From Spirochaetota bacterium (GTDB lineage Bacteria; Spirochaetota; UBA4802; JAFGDQ01), in NCBI GenBank assembly GCA_043803405.1, contig JAZDKB010000036.1:1-64000 (forward strand): a DNA stretch of 64,000 bases, read 5' to 3'. The stretch's first letter is position 1, and every line of letters begins with the position of its first letter. The translations under genes and the position numbers were made by a program. The notes below the pieces were generated by a model. That model made no database searches and was not told the DNA's origin. It worked only from the letters and a program-made list of their open reading frames with translations. Positions 8,667-18,672 of this stretch are shown here, in pieces.

Positions 8667-9578
8667 TTACTGAGGCGGCACAGTAATAATATTGTTTTGC
8701 AGAGCAATTGTTCCATATGTAGTAGCCCCTGCCAGTATTCTGCCTGCCACCGAAGCGCCGGTCATCAACGTTATATCTCTGCCCGACACTATGGTTCCGG
8801 AAAATATAGTATTCTTTCCAAGAGTCGCATCCTGGGTAACCTGCCAGAAGACGTTTTTGGCCTGTGCGCCGTTGGCCAGGACAATATTGCCGTTCGTTGT
8901 TGTCATTGAGGATCCTATCTGGAAGACCCAGACAGCATTAGTGTTGTCCTGGGCGTCCAGCGTAAGAGGGCCCATGACGTTTGAGAGTCCAATTTTACTC
9001 GGAGATGTATAGATACCAGGGATCAGGATGAGCCCGCTTAGGTCCTGATTTGAAGTAAAAGCGAACGCGCCTGTTGCAGCAGGCCGTGACGCGAGGTCGT
9101 TATACGCAATAATCAAGTCAATCTTAGCCTGAGCTGAGATAGCATCGTTAATGTGTATTGCCCCCCCGGTTATCTGTTCACGCGGAAATCCGGTTGCCGA
9201 ACTGTCCGAATCCAACGAAACATCCCCATAAACATGAGTTGCGCCGGTTTTACTATTTGCAGTAGTAGCAATAACTCCAAACGTACTGGCTGTTCCAAGA
9301 ATCGGTGCCGGACCTGCCAGGCCTGAGTATCCCTTCGATTCTCGACCTATCACCACATTATTTTTGCCGTATTTGGCTGTAAATGCAGAAAGGAATAATG
9401 CCATCATGACAATTATGATATAGAACATCATCTTACTAATATTACGTAATGGCTTAAAATAACTTCTGTCTGTACGGATACACGCATACTCTTTTTTAAT
9501 ATATGAATAGCACTTATCATTCAGCACCTTGTCGAAGGGGCATGCGCGTATTTGTGATATAACTCGTTCGGTTTTCAT
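8667..9578 (-). CDS. Ice-binding-like (DUF3494) protein
   Basis: LGTASTFGV, AYNDLA, DLSGL.L.PGIY, LTLDAQ..NAVWVFQIGSS, GAQAKNVFWQV, ATLG; start may be Met at 9431. Confidence 0.88.
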   Translation of the reverse strand: MKTERVISQIRACPFDKVLNDKCYSYIKKEYACIRTDRSYFKPLRNISKMMFYIIIVMMALFLSAFTAKYGKNNVVIGRESKGYSGLAGPAPILGTASTFGVIATTANSKTGATHVYGDVSLDSDSSATGFPREQITGGAIHINDAISAQAKIDLIIAYNDLASRPAATGAFAFTSNQDLSGLILIPGIYTSPSKIGLSNVMGPLTLDAQDNTNAVWVFQIGSSMTTTNGNIVLANGAQAKNVFWQVTQDATLGKNTIFSGTIVSGRDITLMTGASVAGRILAGATTYGTIALQNNIITVPPQ

Positions 9579-9646
9579 GTTTTATACTTCCTTATATCAT
9601 TCTTATCGAAGCATAACCAATAGTTTACTTTACCGGAATAAATACA

Positions 9647-9709
9647 AATGTCAATTCATGATAACCGTGAGTTTTTACTAATACATATTGTTATAATAAA
9701 TTTTTAATA
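9647..9709 (-). promoter_or_regulatory. Island promoter motif copy B (-35 TTGACA)
   Basis: 58/63 identical to 3898-3960; heads the DUF3494-csbD-BON gene run. Confidence 0.75.
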
Positions 9710-9879
9710 TTGAAGTCGCATGTCACTTATTGAGTCACAGGGCTAACTGAAAAAGTCAAAATAGTTATGAACGGTCAACGGCATTAAATATGTTATTAAT
9801 TATTTAAAACTAAATTTAATAGGTGGATTGTTAAATATCTGTTGTAGATAGAGATCAGCCGGAACCGGATGATCTGAGG

Positions 9880-12054
9880 TCAAAATACGCGGTAATGTGC
9901 CCTGATGGACGCGATCAGGTCCTGTGAAGGGCCGGCTTTGTGAATGTAATCCACCGCACCTGCTTTAAGCATTGCGCTAGCCCTGTCCGCTTCCTCGTGC
10001 ATTGAGAGACCGATTACCTTGACACCGGGCATTTCGGACACGATATGCCTGGTGGCTTCAATCCCGTTCATACCCGGCATATTCACATCCATAACAACGA
10101 CATTCGGGCATAATTGCATTGTCATTTCAACAGCGTTCTCTCCGTCAAATGCTTCTCCCACTACTTCTATATCCGGCATCGAGCGCAGCAGTCCGCAAAG
10201 GCCTTCACGCATAATTTTATGGTCATCCGCGACCAGCACGCGAATTTTTAACTTACGTTCATCTGCTCCAATTTTATTCTTATTGTAAGGCTGGACATAC
10301 GGTTCCTGTTTGATATCGTCTTCATTATATATGGCCGGCTTTGGTAACGGCGCAGTTATTGACACGCTGGTGCCATGTCCCGAAGCGCTGTCAATTGTCA
10401 TGTATCCTCCTATAAGGCCTAGACGCTCGCGCATATTGAACAATCCGAATCCCAATTCAGAACCCTGTTCTATCGTCTGCGTAGAATCAAATCCTGCGCC
10501 ATCATCAGATACTATGATTTGAACATGGTCGTCTATCCGGCTTATTGATACCCGGGCTGCTTTTACCTGCGAATGCTTGATAGTGTTAAGAAGCAGTTCC
10601 CGCACGGACTGGAATAGCAGATAGGACGTTCCACCCGAGTCCGGTTCTATTTTAATCTCCGCCTTTATCTCTATAACAATTCCATGTATCTCTTCCATCC
10701 ACTTTCCCAGCCATTTTACTGCAGCTACCAGGCCCTCGTTGTGAAGAATAGGCGGCGAGAGTTCAGCGACCAGTGATCTGGATGTTTTGATGGACTCATC
10801 AATTAATTCAGCCGTTCGTACCAGCGACTGGCGTAAATCGTCATCCATATATTTTTTCTGTACCGCCTGTATACCCCATTTTGCCCCTACCAGGAGTTGC
10901 TGAAGATTATCGTGAATAACTTCCGCGAGCCTTTTCCGCTCCCGCTGTTCCACATGGGTCAGCTCCAGTGTTATGGCGCGAACCTGCGCAGTACGCGCGT
11001 GAACCAGTTCTTCCATCATATCTTTCGCCCTGAATAATTCATCCTCGGCCCGCTTGCGGGCAGTAATATCGCGGATATTGCATTGAATTACTTTTTGATG
11101 TTCAACCAGGTAAGAATTACTGACAAATTCTACATTAATAAGCCGGCCGTCTTTTGTTTCGAGCGGTAAATCTTCGTAACGGACATATCCTTTATATTGA
11201 AGTTCTGAAAAAGTGGCTCTTGATGCTTCTTTATCTTTAATAGCGCCGATTTCCCAAAGCTTCTTTCCTAAAAAATTTTCTCTTGTATATCCCAGCATTT
11301 CTACCAGGAACGGATTAACATCAGATATTTGTCCTGTCAGGGCATCAAGGATTAATATTCCGTCCCGAGCTGTTTCAAAAAGACGCCGGTAGCGGATCTC
11401 GGAAATCTCCAGCGCTTCATCCACCCTGTGGCGCTCGATAAACTTCAATACAGAGTCCATGAGTAAAGTTAGCTGTCCTATATCAGTATTGTCATAGCCG
11501 GTTTCCTTATTGGCAACACCTACCACTCCCACGATATGTCCATCGATAAAAACCGGAATGGTCATAAAATTATTAAGCATAGCATGGCCTTCAGGGAATC
11601 CATTTTCCAGTGGATTGGGCGCGCAAAAATCATTGACCATGACCGGACTAGCCTGCCGCACCGCCTCGCCCCAGATGCCGGTCTTTTCGAGCTGGTAAAA
11701 AACCGGTTTTTCAGTAATGGCACAGTCCTTCATTGCATCTCTGGACCATGTGTTGAGTGTGAGTTTTTTATCGGATTCATTATAATCGGATTCATTATAG
11801 TTGTAAATATAACCGATTTTACTGCCGGTTAGGGCAACAGCTTCGTTTAAAGCAAATTCAAAAAGTTCCTGGATAGAGTCGGTACGGAGCTGAGATAACC
11901 TAATAAGAATGTCACGTCTTGCATCATTACGTTTAATTTCATCTTTCAATTTCCTGCGGTCTGCTTTCAGATTTTTAATTTCACGTTCGGACCGGGTCAA
12001 ACATTCCTGAAGCTCTTCATAGGTTGGTTTATTTATTGGTTTAGTTTTGTGCAT
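9880..12054 (-). CDS. Cytoplasmic hybrid sensor kinase GAF-PAS-HisKA_3-HATPase-REC
   Basis: GAF (GIWGEAVR, VGVANK), PAS (RYRRLFETARDGI), ERKRLAEVIHDNLQQLL, ELLLNTIKHS, GFGLFNMRER, C-terminal VADDH..MDVNMP receiver. Confidence 0.9.
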   Translation of the reverse strand: MHKTKPINKPTYEELQECLTRSEREIKNLKADRRKLKDEIKRNDARRDILIRLSQLRTDSIQELFEFALNEAVALTGSKIGYIYNYNESDYNESDKKLTLNTWSRDAMKDCAITEKPVFYQLEKTGIWGEAVRQASPVMVNDFCAPNPLENGFPEGHAMLNNFMTIPVFIDGHIVGVVGVANKETGYDNTDIGQLTLLMDSVLKFIERHRVDEALEISEIRYRRLFETARDGILILDALTGQISDVNPFLVEMLGYTRENFLGKKLWEIGAIKDKEASRATFSELQYKGYVRYEDLPLETKDGRLINVEFVSNSYLVEHQKVIQCNIRDITARKRAEDELFRAKDMMEELVHARTAQVRAITLELTHVEQRERKRLAEVIHDNLQQLLVGAKWGIQAVQKKYMDDDLRQSLVRTAELIDESIKTSRSLVAELSPPILHNEGLVAAVKWLGKWMEEIHGIVIEIKAEIKIEPDSGGTSYLLFQSVRELLLNTIKHSQVKAARVSISRIDDHVQIIVSDDGAGFDSTQTIEQGSELGFGLFNMRERLGLIGGYMTIDSASGHGTSVSITAPLPKPAIYNEDDIKQEPYVQPYNKNKIGADERKLKIRVLVADDHKIMREGLCGLLRSMPDIEVVGEAFDGENAVEMTMQLCPNVVVMDVNMPGMNGIEATRHIVSEMPGVKVIGLSMHEEADRASAMLKAGAVDYIHKAGPSQDLIASIRAHYRVF

Positions 12055-12189
12055 AAATTATCTTCGCGTATTCATTGGTTTGGCAATTCGATATTATATA
12101 ATGCAATTATTTTAATTAACAATAAAAGGAATGTAAGCCTATTTAATTTAATAAGCAACAAATAAAAACAAAATTTAATTTTAAATTCA

Positions 12190-12236
12190 TATAACATAAT
12201 GTATTAATCAATAATCACAGAATCCGTGGATTGACA
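12190..12236 (+). promoter_or_regulatory. Island promoter motif copy D (-35 TTGACA at 12231-12236)
   Basis: TATAACATAATGTATTAATCAATAATCACAGAATCCGTGGATTGACA aligns ungapped with the reverse complement of copies A/B. Confidence 0.65.
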
Positions 12237-12367
12237 CATCCATTTTTTTAGTACAAGGTACCTCCCTGGTTTAATAAAAATAATCTCAATATTTAGAAAT
12301 AATATCAGAATATTAAAATGGTTATTTATGGGAATTAAAAAAAATTAATAGTAAGAGGAGTATTAAA

Positions 12368-12520
12368 ATGAGAATGTTAAGAAATTCTATTCAGATGTTA
12401 TTAAACTTTGGCTGGTCCGATAGATCTATTGCAAAATACTTGATGATTAAATCAAATATAGTTAAATATTATCGCATAAAAACAAGTATCATTAAAAATG
12501 AGTTTCAGGGCTACTATTAA
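12368..12520 (+). CDS. Small HTH-like protein (50 aa; absent from the ORF track)
   Basis: GAGGAG RBS; MRMLRNSIQMLLNFGWSDRSIAKYLMIKSNIVKYYR.. resembles GxSxRxIAxxL HTH. Confidence 0.5.
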   Translation: MRMLRNSIQMLLNFGWSDRSIAKYLMIKSNIVKYYRIKTSIIKNEFQGYY

Positions 12521-12663
12521 ATTAGCCACAAAATATCTAAATGAAAAAAGTATACCGTTATCAAATAGTTGTATAAATAATCAATAAAAAAATGCCAGAA
12601 ATATATATGCTGTAATAGTGTAATTTGTAACAAAAAAAATACCATATTAAAGGAGATTTTATT

Positions 12664-13086
12664 ATGAGAATTAAAACAATACTTATTGCGTTAATTTTTG
12701 TAAGTGCTTTTTTTGCCTGCGGTTCAAAAGAAGATAAACCGGCGGCCGCACTTAAAGAGGTTAAGAAAGTACAGGATTTTGCTTACGCACAAAAAGACGA
12801 ATTCGTAAAAACGATGCAAACCGAGTTAAACAAGGTAAACATGGAATTAAAGGAACTTGAAGCAAAAGCTAAAAATGTAAAAAAAGATTCCATATCAGAA
12901 TCAAAGAAAAAAATACAGGCACTGCGGGATAAAGTTGCTCAATTAAATAAGCAGATTAATAAAGCCAAGAATGCCACTGAGTCCACATGGGACCAAGTAA
13001 AAGCAGACTTCAACAAGGCTTTTGTAGAAATTAAAGACTCTATAGGAGAAATGCGCACATGGATGAGTGAAAAGATTGCTCCGTAA
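12664..13086 (+). CDS. Coiled-coil lipoprotein, stress-protein-like
   Basis: Lipobox FFAC, AAGGAG RBS, KDEFVKTM..ATESTWDQVK helical pattern. Confidence 0.7.
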   Translation: MRIKTILIALIFVSAFFACGSKEDKPAAALKEVKKVQDFAYAQKDEFVKTMQTELNKVNMELKELEAKAKNVKKDSISESKKKIQALRDKVAQLNKQINKAKNATESTWDQVKADFNKAFVEIKDSIGEMRTWMSEKIAP

Positions 13087-13139
13087 AACGAAATACCGTA
13101 CCATGCTGTTAATTATTTTTTTCCAGTTTTATTGCATGA

Positions 13140-13169
13140 CGTAATACATTCCGTTGTGAATGTATTACG
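13140..13169. terminator. Hairpin downstream of the lipoprotein gene
   Basis: Perfect 12-bp stem CGTAATACATTC / GAATGTATTACG. Confidence 0.5.
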
Positions 13170-13593
13170 ATTCTATATCACGTTCATTCCCTGGGCTATA
13201 TTAGGTAATTTATTACACGTGATCATCGATATTCCCTCATGTTTGGATATCTCTTCTACATAAGTTATTCCGGCTGCAAGTTCCAGCTCTGTTTTTATCT
13301 TGACTTTTTGTGCATTCTTCATACCCGCTTTGCTTAATTATTTCCAGCGATAAAATTCAGATATTGAAATAAACTAAAAATTATAAATAAGTTGACATTG
13401 TTTTAATTTTTTTTAAAATATATAAACGTTGATATTAATACTGCCATATTCTTTAAAAGTAATATTTATTATTTGCACGCTGTAAACAATAAACACTGTA
13501 GTTACAGCCAGAGGCAAACACTTGCCTGCAAATTAATCATTATTTTGCTTTTGTGTACAAAATTAAGCAATTACTAAACCTAAGTAATTAATA

Positions 13594-14259
13594 ATGCCAA
13601 ATAAAACCAAGAAAAAGCTTATAATTGTTGATGATCATCCGGTGGTTCGCCAGGGATTAAGGATCATTATTGAAGATGAAGAAGACTTAACAGTATGTGG
13701 AGAAACCGGTAACCCAAATGAAGCAATAAAGATGATTGGCGAACATAATCCGGATATTGTATTGGTTGATATCAGATTGGAAGGAAATGCTAACGGTCTG
13801 GATTTAGTAAAATCAATGCAGCAGCGTTACCCTTCTATTCCTTCACTTGTGATATCTATGCACGATGATAATATTTATGCCGAGCGGGCAATTATGGCAG
13901 GTGCGAGAGGTTATATTATGAAAAGTGAAGCAGAGAAGGATATTATCACCGCTATCAGGGACATCCTTGCAGGTAACCTCTATCTGCGAAATGCAACATC
14001 CTTAAATATTATATCCAAAATGCTTCATAAATCTTCCGACCAGTTGGAATCATCAATTGACAGGCTGAGTGACAGAGAATTCGAAGTACTGCAGTTGATG
14101 GGTAATGGTTTAGGCACGCAAAAGATAGCAAAGCAGTTAAATCTTAGCGTAAATACAATAGAGACGCATCGAAGAAATATCAGGAAAAAGTTGAATCTAA
14201 AGGATTCTGATGAACTAGTGCAATATGCAATACGCTGGTTTATTAACTCGCAGAAGTAA
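13594..14259 (+). CDS. NarL/FixJ-family response regulator (REC + LuxR HTH)
   Basis: IVDDHPVVRQG, LVDI, LSDREFEVLQLMGNG..IAKQLNLSVNTIETHR. Confidence 0.93.
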   Translation: MPNKTKKKLIIVDDHPVVRQGLRIIIEDEEDLTVCGETGNPNEAIKMIGEHNPDIVLVDIRLEGNANGLDLVKSMQQRYPSIPSLVISMHDDNIYAERAIMAGARGYIMKSEAEKDIITAIRDILAGNLYLRNATSLNIISKMLHKSSDQLESSIDRLSDREFEVLQLMGNGLGTQKIAKQLNLSVNTIETHRRNIRKKLNLKDSDELVQYAIRWFINSQK

Positions 14260-14609
14260 CACTAAATGCTCCGGCTATCTACTTTGTCGGAATCATTATC
14301 TCTTTATTCTTCAGAAATATAAATACCGCAAATTATAATTTTATTTCATTTATCTTCCTTACCTTGAGTTATTGATTTATCTATAATTTGATAATAGTGT
14401 CTAACGGGCAAGTGATTCAAGAATGTGATCATTTTGTATTTTATTTTAGATTGAAGTTTTTTAGTTTAAAATAAGTTATATATTGCAATTGTTCACATAT
14501 TTCATTTAAGTTCAATTTATAAGCTTCATGTAATGCTGACGCAACAGCATCCGGCGAACTACACAATACAATAACAGTCTTTAAAAATTTTCTTTATCTG
14601 CAGCTGCAT

Positions 14610-15641
14610 TTATTTCGCAGAAACACTCGGAATAATAATTATATCAACTCTTCGATTAAGCGCCCGATTCTCAGGCGTTTCGTTTGAAAGAACAGGATTA
14701 TATTCACCGTTGCCTACGGCTGACACGCGTTTTGGATTAAGCTTGGCATTTCCCAGAAGATATTCAAGAACCGATAATGCCCTTTCTGTTGAAAGCTGCC
14801 AGTTGTTTCGAAAATTCGAGTTGCTTATGGGCACATTGTCTGTATTACCCTCGATGTAAATTCTGTTTTCGGGAAAATTTACAAGAATGTTGTTTATTTT
14901 ATCAAGAGCCTTTTTTATTTCCGGTTTCAGCTTCGAAGATCCTGTATCAAAACATATTTTATCATCCAGATTGATGATAATTCTATCCAGCATTTTTTTA
15001 AAACGTATCTGCCCGTTTTTAATTTCATCTTCAAGCTGCTTTTCTATTTCTCCTGCCTGTTGGGCAAGACGATTGAGCTCTGCTTTCTGTGTATCGGACA
15101 ATTTTTTTAAATTAGCTATTATGTCATTCTGCTCATTTATTCTAGCGAGCATCTCGGCGCTCTTTTTATCGAAACCAGCTTTCAGAGTTTCAAGTTCAGC
15201 TCTTGAATCTGTTTGTTCCTTTGCAAGCTGCACTGTCAGTCTTTTAATTTCTCCGGATAATCTATCGTTAAGTTTTCTGTTTTCTTCGAGAAGTTCCTTT
15301 TCTCTTGTACTTCCCTTGCTTTTGAGAATAGCGTTTTGAGCCTGAAGTTCTTTTATCCGCGCGGATAGATTTTTCTGCTCATTCTCATTTCGATTACGGA
15401 GTTCCATCATTTGATCATTAAGCGATTTTATCGCAGCTTCAAAATCACGGATTTTTGTTTCCAGTCTTGCTTTCTCTCCAGCGTATTCTCTTTTAATCGA
15501 ATCATACTGGAGCTCGATTGCCACCTTATCATCGTACACTCCTTTATACTCGCTCGGCCAGTAAAATAGGTCAGCAAAGACAGGAGCAGATATAAATATT
15601 ATTAAAAATATTATTCCTAGTATAAATTTTATTGTTTTCAT
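14610..15641 (-). CDS. OmpA/MotB-domain coiled-coil protein
   Basis: Signal peptide, coiled coil, FDTGSS, IEGNTDN, NWQLSTERA, NRALNRRVDI. Confidence 0.88.
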   Translation of the reverse strand: MKTIKFILGIIFLIIFISAPVFADLFYWPSEYKGVYDDKVAIELQYDSIKREYAGEKARLETKIRDFEAAIKSLNDQMMELRNRNENEQKNLSARIKELQAQNAILKSKGSTREKELLEENRKLNDRLSGEIKRLTVQLAKEQTDSRAELETLKAGFDKKSAEMLARINEQNDIIANLKKLSDTQKAELNRLAQQAGEIEKQLEDEIKNGQIRFKKMLDRIIINLDDKICFDTGSSKLKPEIKKALDKINNILVNFPENRIYIEGNTDNVPISNSNFRNNWQLSTERALSVLEYLLGNAKLNPKRVSAVGNGEYNPVLSNETPENRALNRRVDIIIIPSVSAK

Positions 15642-16303
15642 TTTTGCTCCTCATAGCCTGTGGCTTTTAATTTATCTGATGCAGTTTTCAGCGAATCCAG
15701 GGTTTTCTGATATTCCTGTTTTCGTTTATTCAGATTATCCTGCATGGAATTATAATAATCATCGAATTTTTTGCTATCGACAAGTTTGTCATATTTCTCA
15801 CCGTATCTGCGAATCTGGAATTCACGCGCAATTTTTGCTTTTTCAAAATCGAGCTGGGAGACAACTACGGATAATTCCGCTTCTTTCATTTTAAAACCGG
15901 CAAGATCGGCATCTCTTTTTGAAATGCAATAATCCTTGTTAGCTGATTCCTTAACTGCCTGTTCATCAGTGACTTTTATCATTCGGCGTGCTTCCTGCAG
16001 CTTCGCGGCATCCCCTGACAAAAGATATAATTTTTCTTTTTTCAGATAGTAGTCTTTCTGCACATTAATTACAGACATACGTGAATTGCTGACTAGAATT
16101 GATTGTTCGCTGATTTCTACTACTTTTCCAGCAGAATCCTTTTCATTCTTTTTTACTATAATAATGTTTTTAACAGCAGATATATTATCCTTTTCCGGCT
16201 GAGTCATCTCGTTAAGTAAAGAATCATCAACAGGTTCCTGAAAGCTTGCGCAACCGAACATCACTAATATTAGTGAAGAGATAAGTAAAACAATCGTTTT
16301 CAT
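15638..16303 (-). CDS. Coiled-coil lipoprotein of unknown function
   Basis: Lipobox MFGC; GGAGG RBS; ATGA-coupled to the OmpA/MotB gene. Confidence 0.75.
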   Translation of the reverse strand: MKTIVLLISSLILVMFGCASFQEPVDDSLLNEMTQPEKDNISAVKNIIIVKKNEKDSAGKVVEISEQSILVSNSRMSVINVQKDYYLKKEKLYLLSGDAAKLQEARRMIKVTDEQAVKESANKDYCISKRDADLAGFKMKEAELSVVVSQLDFEKAKIAREFQIRRYGEKYDKLVDSKKFDDYYNSMQDNLNKRKQEYQKTLDSLKTASDKLKATGYEEQK

Positions 16304-16571
16304 TTTGATTGCCTCCCAATTAAATTTTTAATAAAAAATTACTCAAATCATAAGTATTACGTCCAAAGATCATCGGCAGGGGCCGAGTCCCAATTCGGAA
16401 TGTGTACCCCGTTGGTCACATGTATTTGTTTATTCATGATTTTTTCCTAAAAATATTTATGTTTAAGATCATTTCAGATTTCAAGCAGGCCATCATAGCT
16501 CGTTAAACATTAAATTTATGTTAACAGCCATTAGATTAAAAATTGAATATTCCCCATTATTATGTTTGTAC

Positions 16572-17741
16572 TTACTCTAAATCATTCTTATTGATTCCCG
16601 GCATTTGTAAATCTTCACCTTCGAGATCTAATTTAAGAGCAAGAAATTCCAGCATATCCTTAAGAGTTATAACACCTACGATTTTATCTTTACTGAGAAC
16701 CATTAACCTGGAATTTTTTGTCTTACTCATTATTGAAAAAACCTTCATTGCATCTGTATCAGGGGATACGCTATTCTCAGGTGAGCAATGTTTTATTCCT
16801 TCCGAGACTTTATATCTGGACCATTTTGCTTTGGGTATTTCTTTTACCTGAGTTGTGCTGATACAGCCGATTAGTTTTTTTCCATCAACAACGGGGAACA
16901 TTTTATAATGGTATTTATATATATAGTTCTGAACAAGATTGTTAATTGTAATTGATGATGAAACAGTGACCGGATTTTTTTTCATAAATTTCCCGGCTGA
17001 TTCACCTTCCAGTGCTTTTCTTATTAACGTCCTATGCAATGACATTTGAGAAGCATTTCGTAAAAAGAGGCCGGTGAGCGCCCACCATAATCCATTTATA
17101 AAGGAACCTTTTAAAATAAAATAGATCCCTATAATAATCAGAAAAAATCCGAATCCTCTTCCGACATTGGTCGCTATTCGGGTGGCCCACTGAATGTTGC
17201 CCTTATACTGCCATAAAGCAGACCTGAATACGCGGCCGCCGTCAAGGGGAAACGCAGGCAGAAGATTAAAACCTGCCAGAATCAGATTTATCCACCATAA
17301 ATAATCAAGGACCCCTATTTGTGCTCTCGGCCATCCATTATTATTGCCCCAGTAGTATAAACCGTAAAATATAAAAGCTATAATTATACTTACTATGGGA
17401 CCCACTATTGCCATGAAAAATTCGGTCTTCGGACTGTCGGGTTCCTCGTCCATTTCGGCGACACCGCCGAATATAAAAAGAGTGATCCCGCGCATTTGTA
17501 TCCCGAATCTGCGCGCAACCAGTGAATGAAAAAGTTCATGTATTATTATCGATATAAAAAGTCCAATCGCGCCGGCTATTCCCATCCACCAGTACGTTTC
17601 AGGTTCCAGATTATTGTAGTAACCTGGGAAAAATCCTTTCGCCAGCGACCAGGTAATAAGAACGGCAATGAAAATCCAAGAAATATCTATCTTAACTTCA
17701 AAGCCGAATAATTTAAATAGTGTCATGCTCTTTCCGAACAT
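16572..17741 (-). CDS. Site-2 (M50) zinc metalloprotease with CBS pair
   Basis: HELFH, FIFGGVA, NLLPAFPLDGGR, two C-terminal CBS domains. Confidence 0.93.
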   Translation of the reverse strand: MFGKSMTLFKLFGFEVKIDISWIFIAVLITWSLAKGFFPGYYNNLEPETYWWMGIAGAIGLFISIIIHELFHSLVARRFGIQMRGITLFIFGGVAEMDEEPDSPKTEFFMAIVGPIVSIIIAFIFYGLYYWGNNNGWPRAQIGVLDYLWWINLILAGFNLLPAFPLDGGRVFRSALWQYKGNIQWATRIATNVGRGFGFFLIIIGIYFILKGSFINGLWWALTGLFLRNASQMSLHRTLIRKALEGESAGKFMKKNPVTVSSSITINNLVQNYIYKYHYKMFPVVDGKKLIGCISTTQVKEIPKAKWSRYKVSEGIKHCSPENSVSPDTDAMKVFSIMSKTKNSRLMVLSKDKIVGVITLKDMLEFLALKLDLEGEDLQMPGINKNDLE

Positions 17742-17782
17742 TATTAATCTCCTGAATTACCTGATTTAACTCTTTTTTCATC

Positions 17783-17812
17783 AAAGGTCAACTTATTTGC
17801 AAGTTGACCTTT
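17783..17812 (-). terminator. Hairpin between the DUF2892 and M50 genes
   Basis: 12-bp stem AAAGGTCAACTT / AAGTTGACCTTT. Confidence 0.55.
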
Positions 17813-17837
17813 TCTTTAAGATCTTTCAGCTATCGTT

Positions 17838-18041
17838 TTATTTCTTTTTTTTTGTAGAAATCTTAAAAATAGCATATAATGGACAATATCCGATAATGCT
17901 GGTTAACAGGAATATCACTGCTATGATGCCTAAAATAATAGCTGCAATTCCGCTTATTTGATTAGTAAAATAAAAGACGGCGATAATTATCGCGATAATT
18001 ATTCTGAAAATTCTGTCGATTAACCCCATATTTAATTTCAT
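17838..18041 (-). CDS. DUF2892 (YgaP-like) membrane protein
   Basis: MKLNMG.IDR..R...LLTS.IGYCPLY..F.IST. Confidence 0.88.
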   Translation of the reverse strand: MKLNMGLIDRIFRIIIAIIIAVFYFTNQISGIAAIILGIIAVIFLLTSIIGYCPLYAIFKISTKKKK

Positions 18042-18079
18042 AATTGACCTCTGCTTTATTTTTTAAGGTTTAAGTTAAA

Positions 18080-18150
18080 AGTATAAATTAAAATATGAGA
18101 ATCAGTCAATCCATGGCATTCATGAATTTGACCTAATGAATACCGTTACG
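18080..18150 (-). promoter_or_regulatory. Island promoter motif copy E (TTGACT-18-TATACT)
   Basis: 18105-18150 aligns ungapped with copy B at 30/46 positions. Confidence 0.6.
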
Positions 18151-18360
18151 AAGATTAGTCCGGCATTATGAGTAAGATAAGAAAAAAAGATTGATTTGCG
18201 TTATAGGGGGGAAGAAAGAGCGTTTTTTAAAACGCTGCCCTATTCCCTTCCAAAAGTGGTTTAAATGGTCGATATAAGGTTCTAATTTAAAAAAATAAAT
18301 AGGGTGATAATATCCTATGTAAATAAAAATGAAAAATTGATTCAGTTACTATGATGTCAA

Positions 18361-18525
18361 TTATCTATAATCATTATCTTTAGGACACCCAATAATAGTG
18401 AGTTCTTCTGCTGGTGTCTTATTTACTAATCTTTGTTCATTATAAATGGAATAATGGCAAAAAACATATCCGTACTCATATGATATATGGAGATTGCAAT
18501 CTTTACAATCTTTTAATAATTTCAT
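18361..18525 (-). CDS. Small four-cysteine protein (54 aa; absent from the ORF track)
   Basis: MKLLKDCKDCNLHISYEYGYVFCHY..IIGCPKDNDYR*. Confidence 0.5.
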   Translation of the reverse strand: MKLLKDCKDCNLHISYEYGYVFCHYSIYNEQRLVNKTPAEELTIIGCPKDNDYR

Positions 18526-18672
18526 AATAGATCTCTCTTTTGAGGATTTTTATTTTCTATAAGAGCATATTAACTGAAATATGCAATCTATATTTAATTA
18601 AAAGCAAGCAAATATATCCGGAATAATACAAATACTGTAAAAGGATGTGAAAGAATAAATTTATATAATCAA

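Noticed and set aside
3978..9757. GACTTTTTTCAGTT / AACTGAAAAAGTC as ends of a composite element
   Set aside because: Short, imperfect, AT-rich, with no transposase or target duplication
13495..13560. c-di-GMP-I riboswitch upstream of the NarL-type regulator (AGGCAAAC..)
   Set aside because: Lacks the GAAA tetraloop and second stem; only a short hairpin
16479..16525. Further copy of the island promoter motif (TTGAAA with TGTTAAC at +40)
   Set aside because: The middle of the motif does not match and there is no clear -10; could be chance in AT-rich DNA
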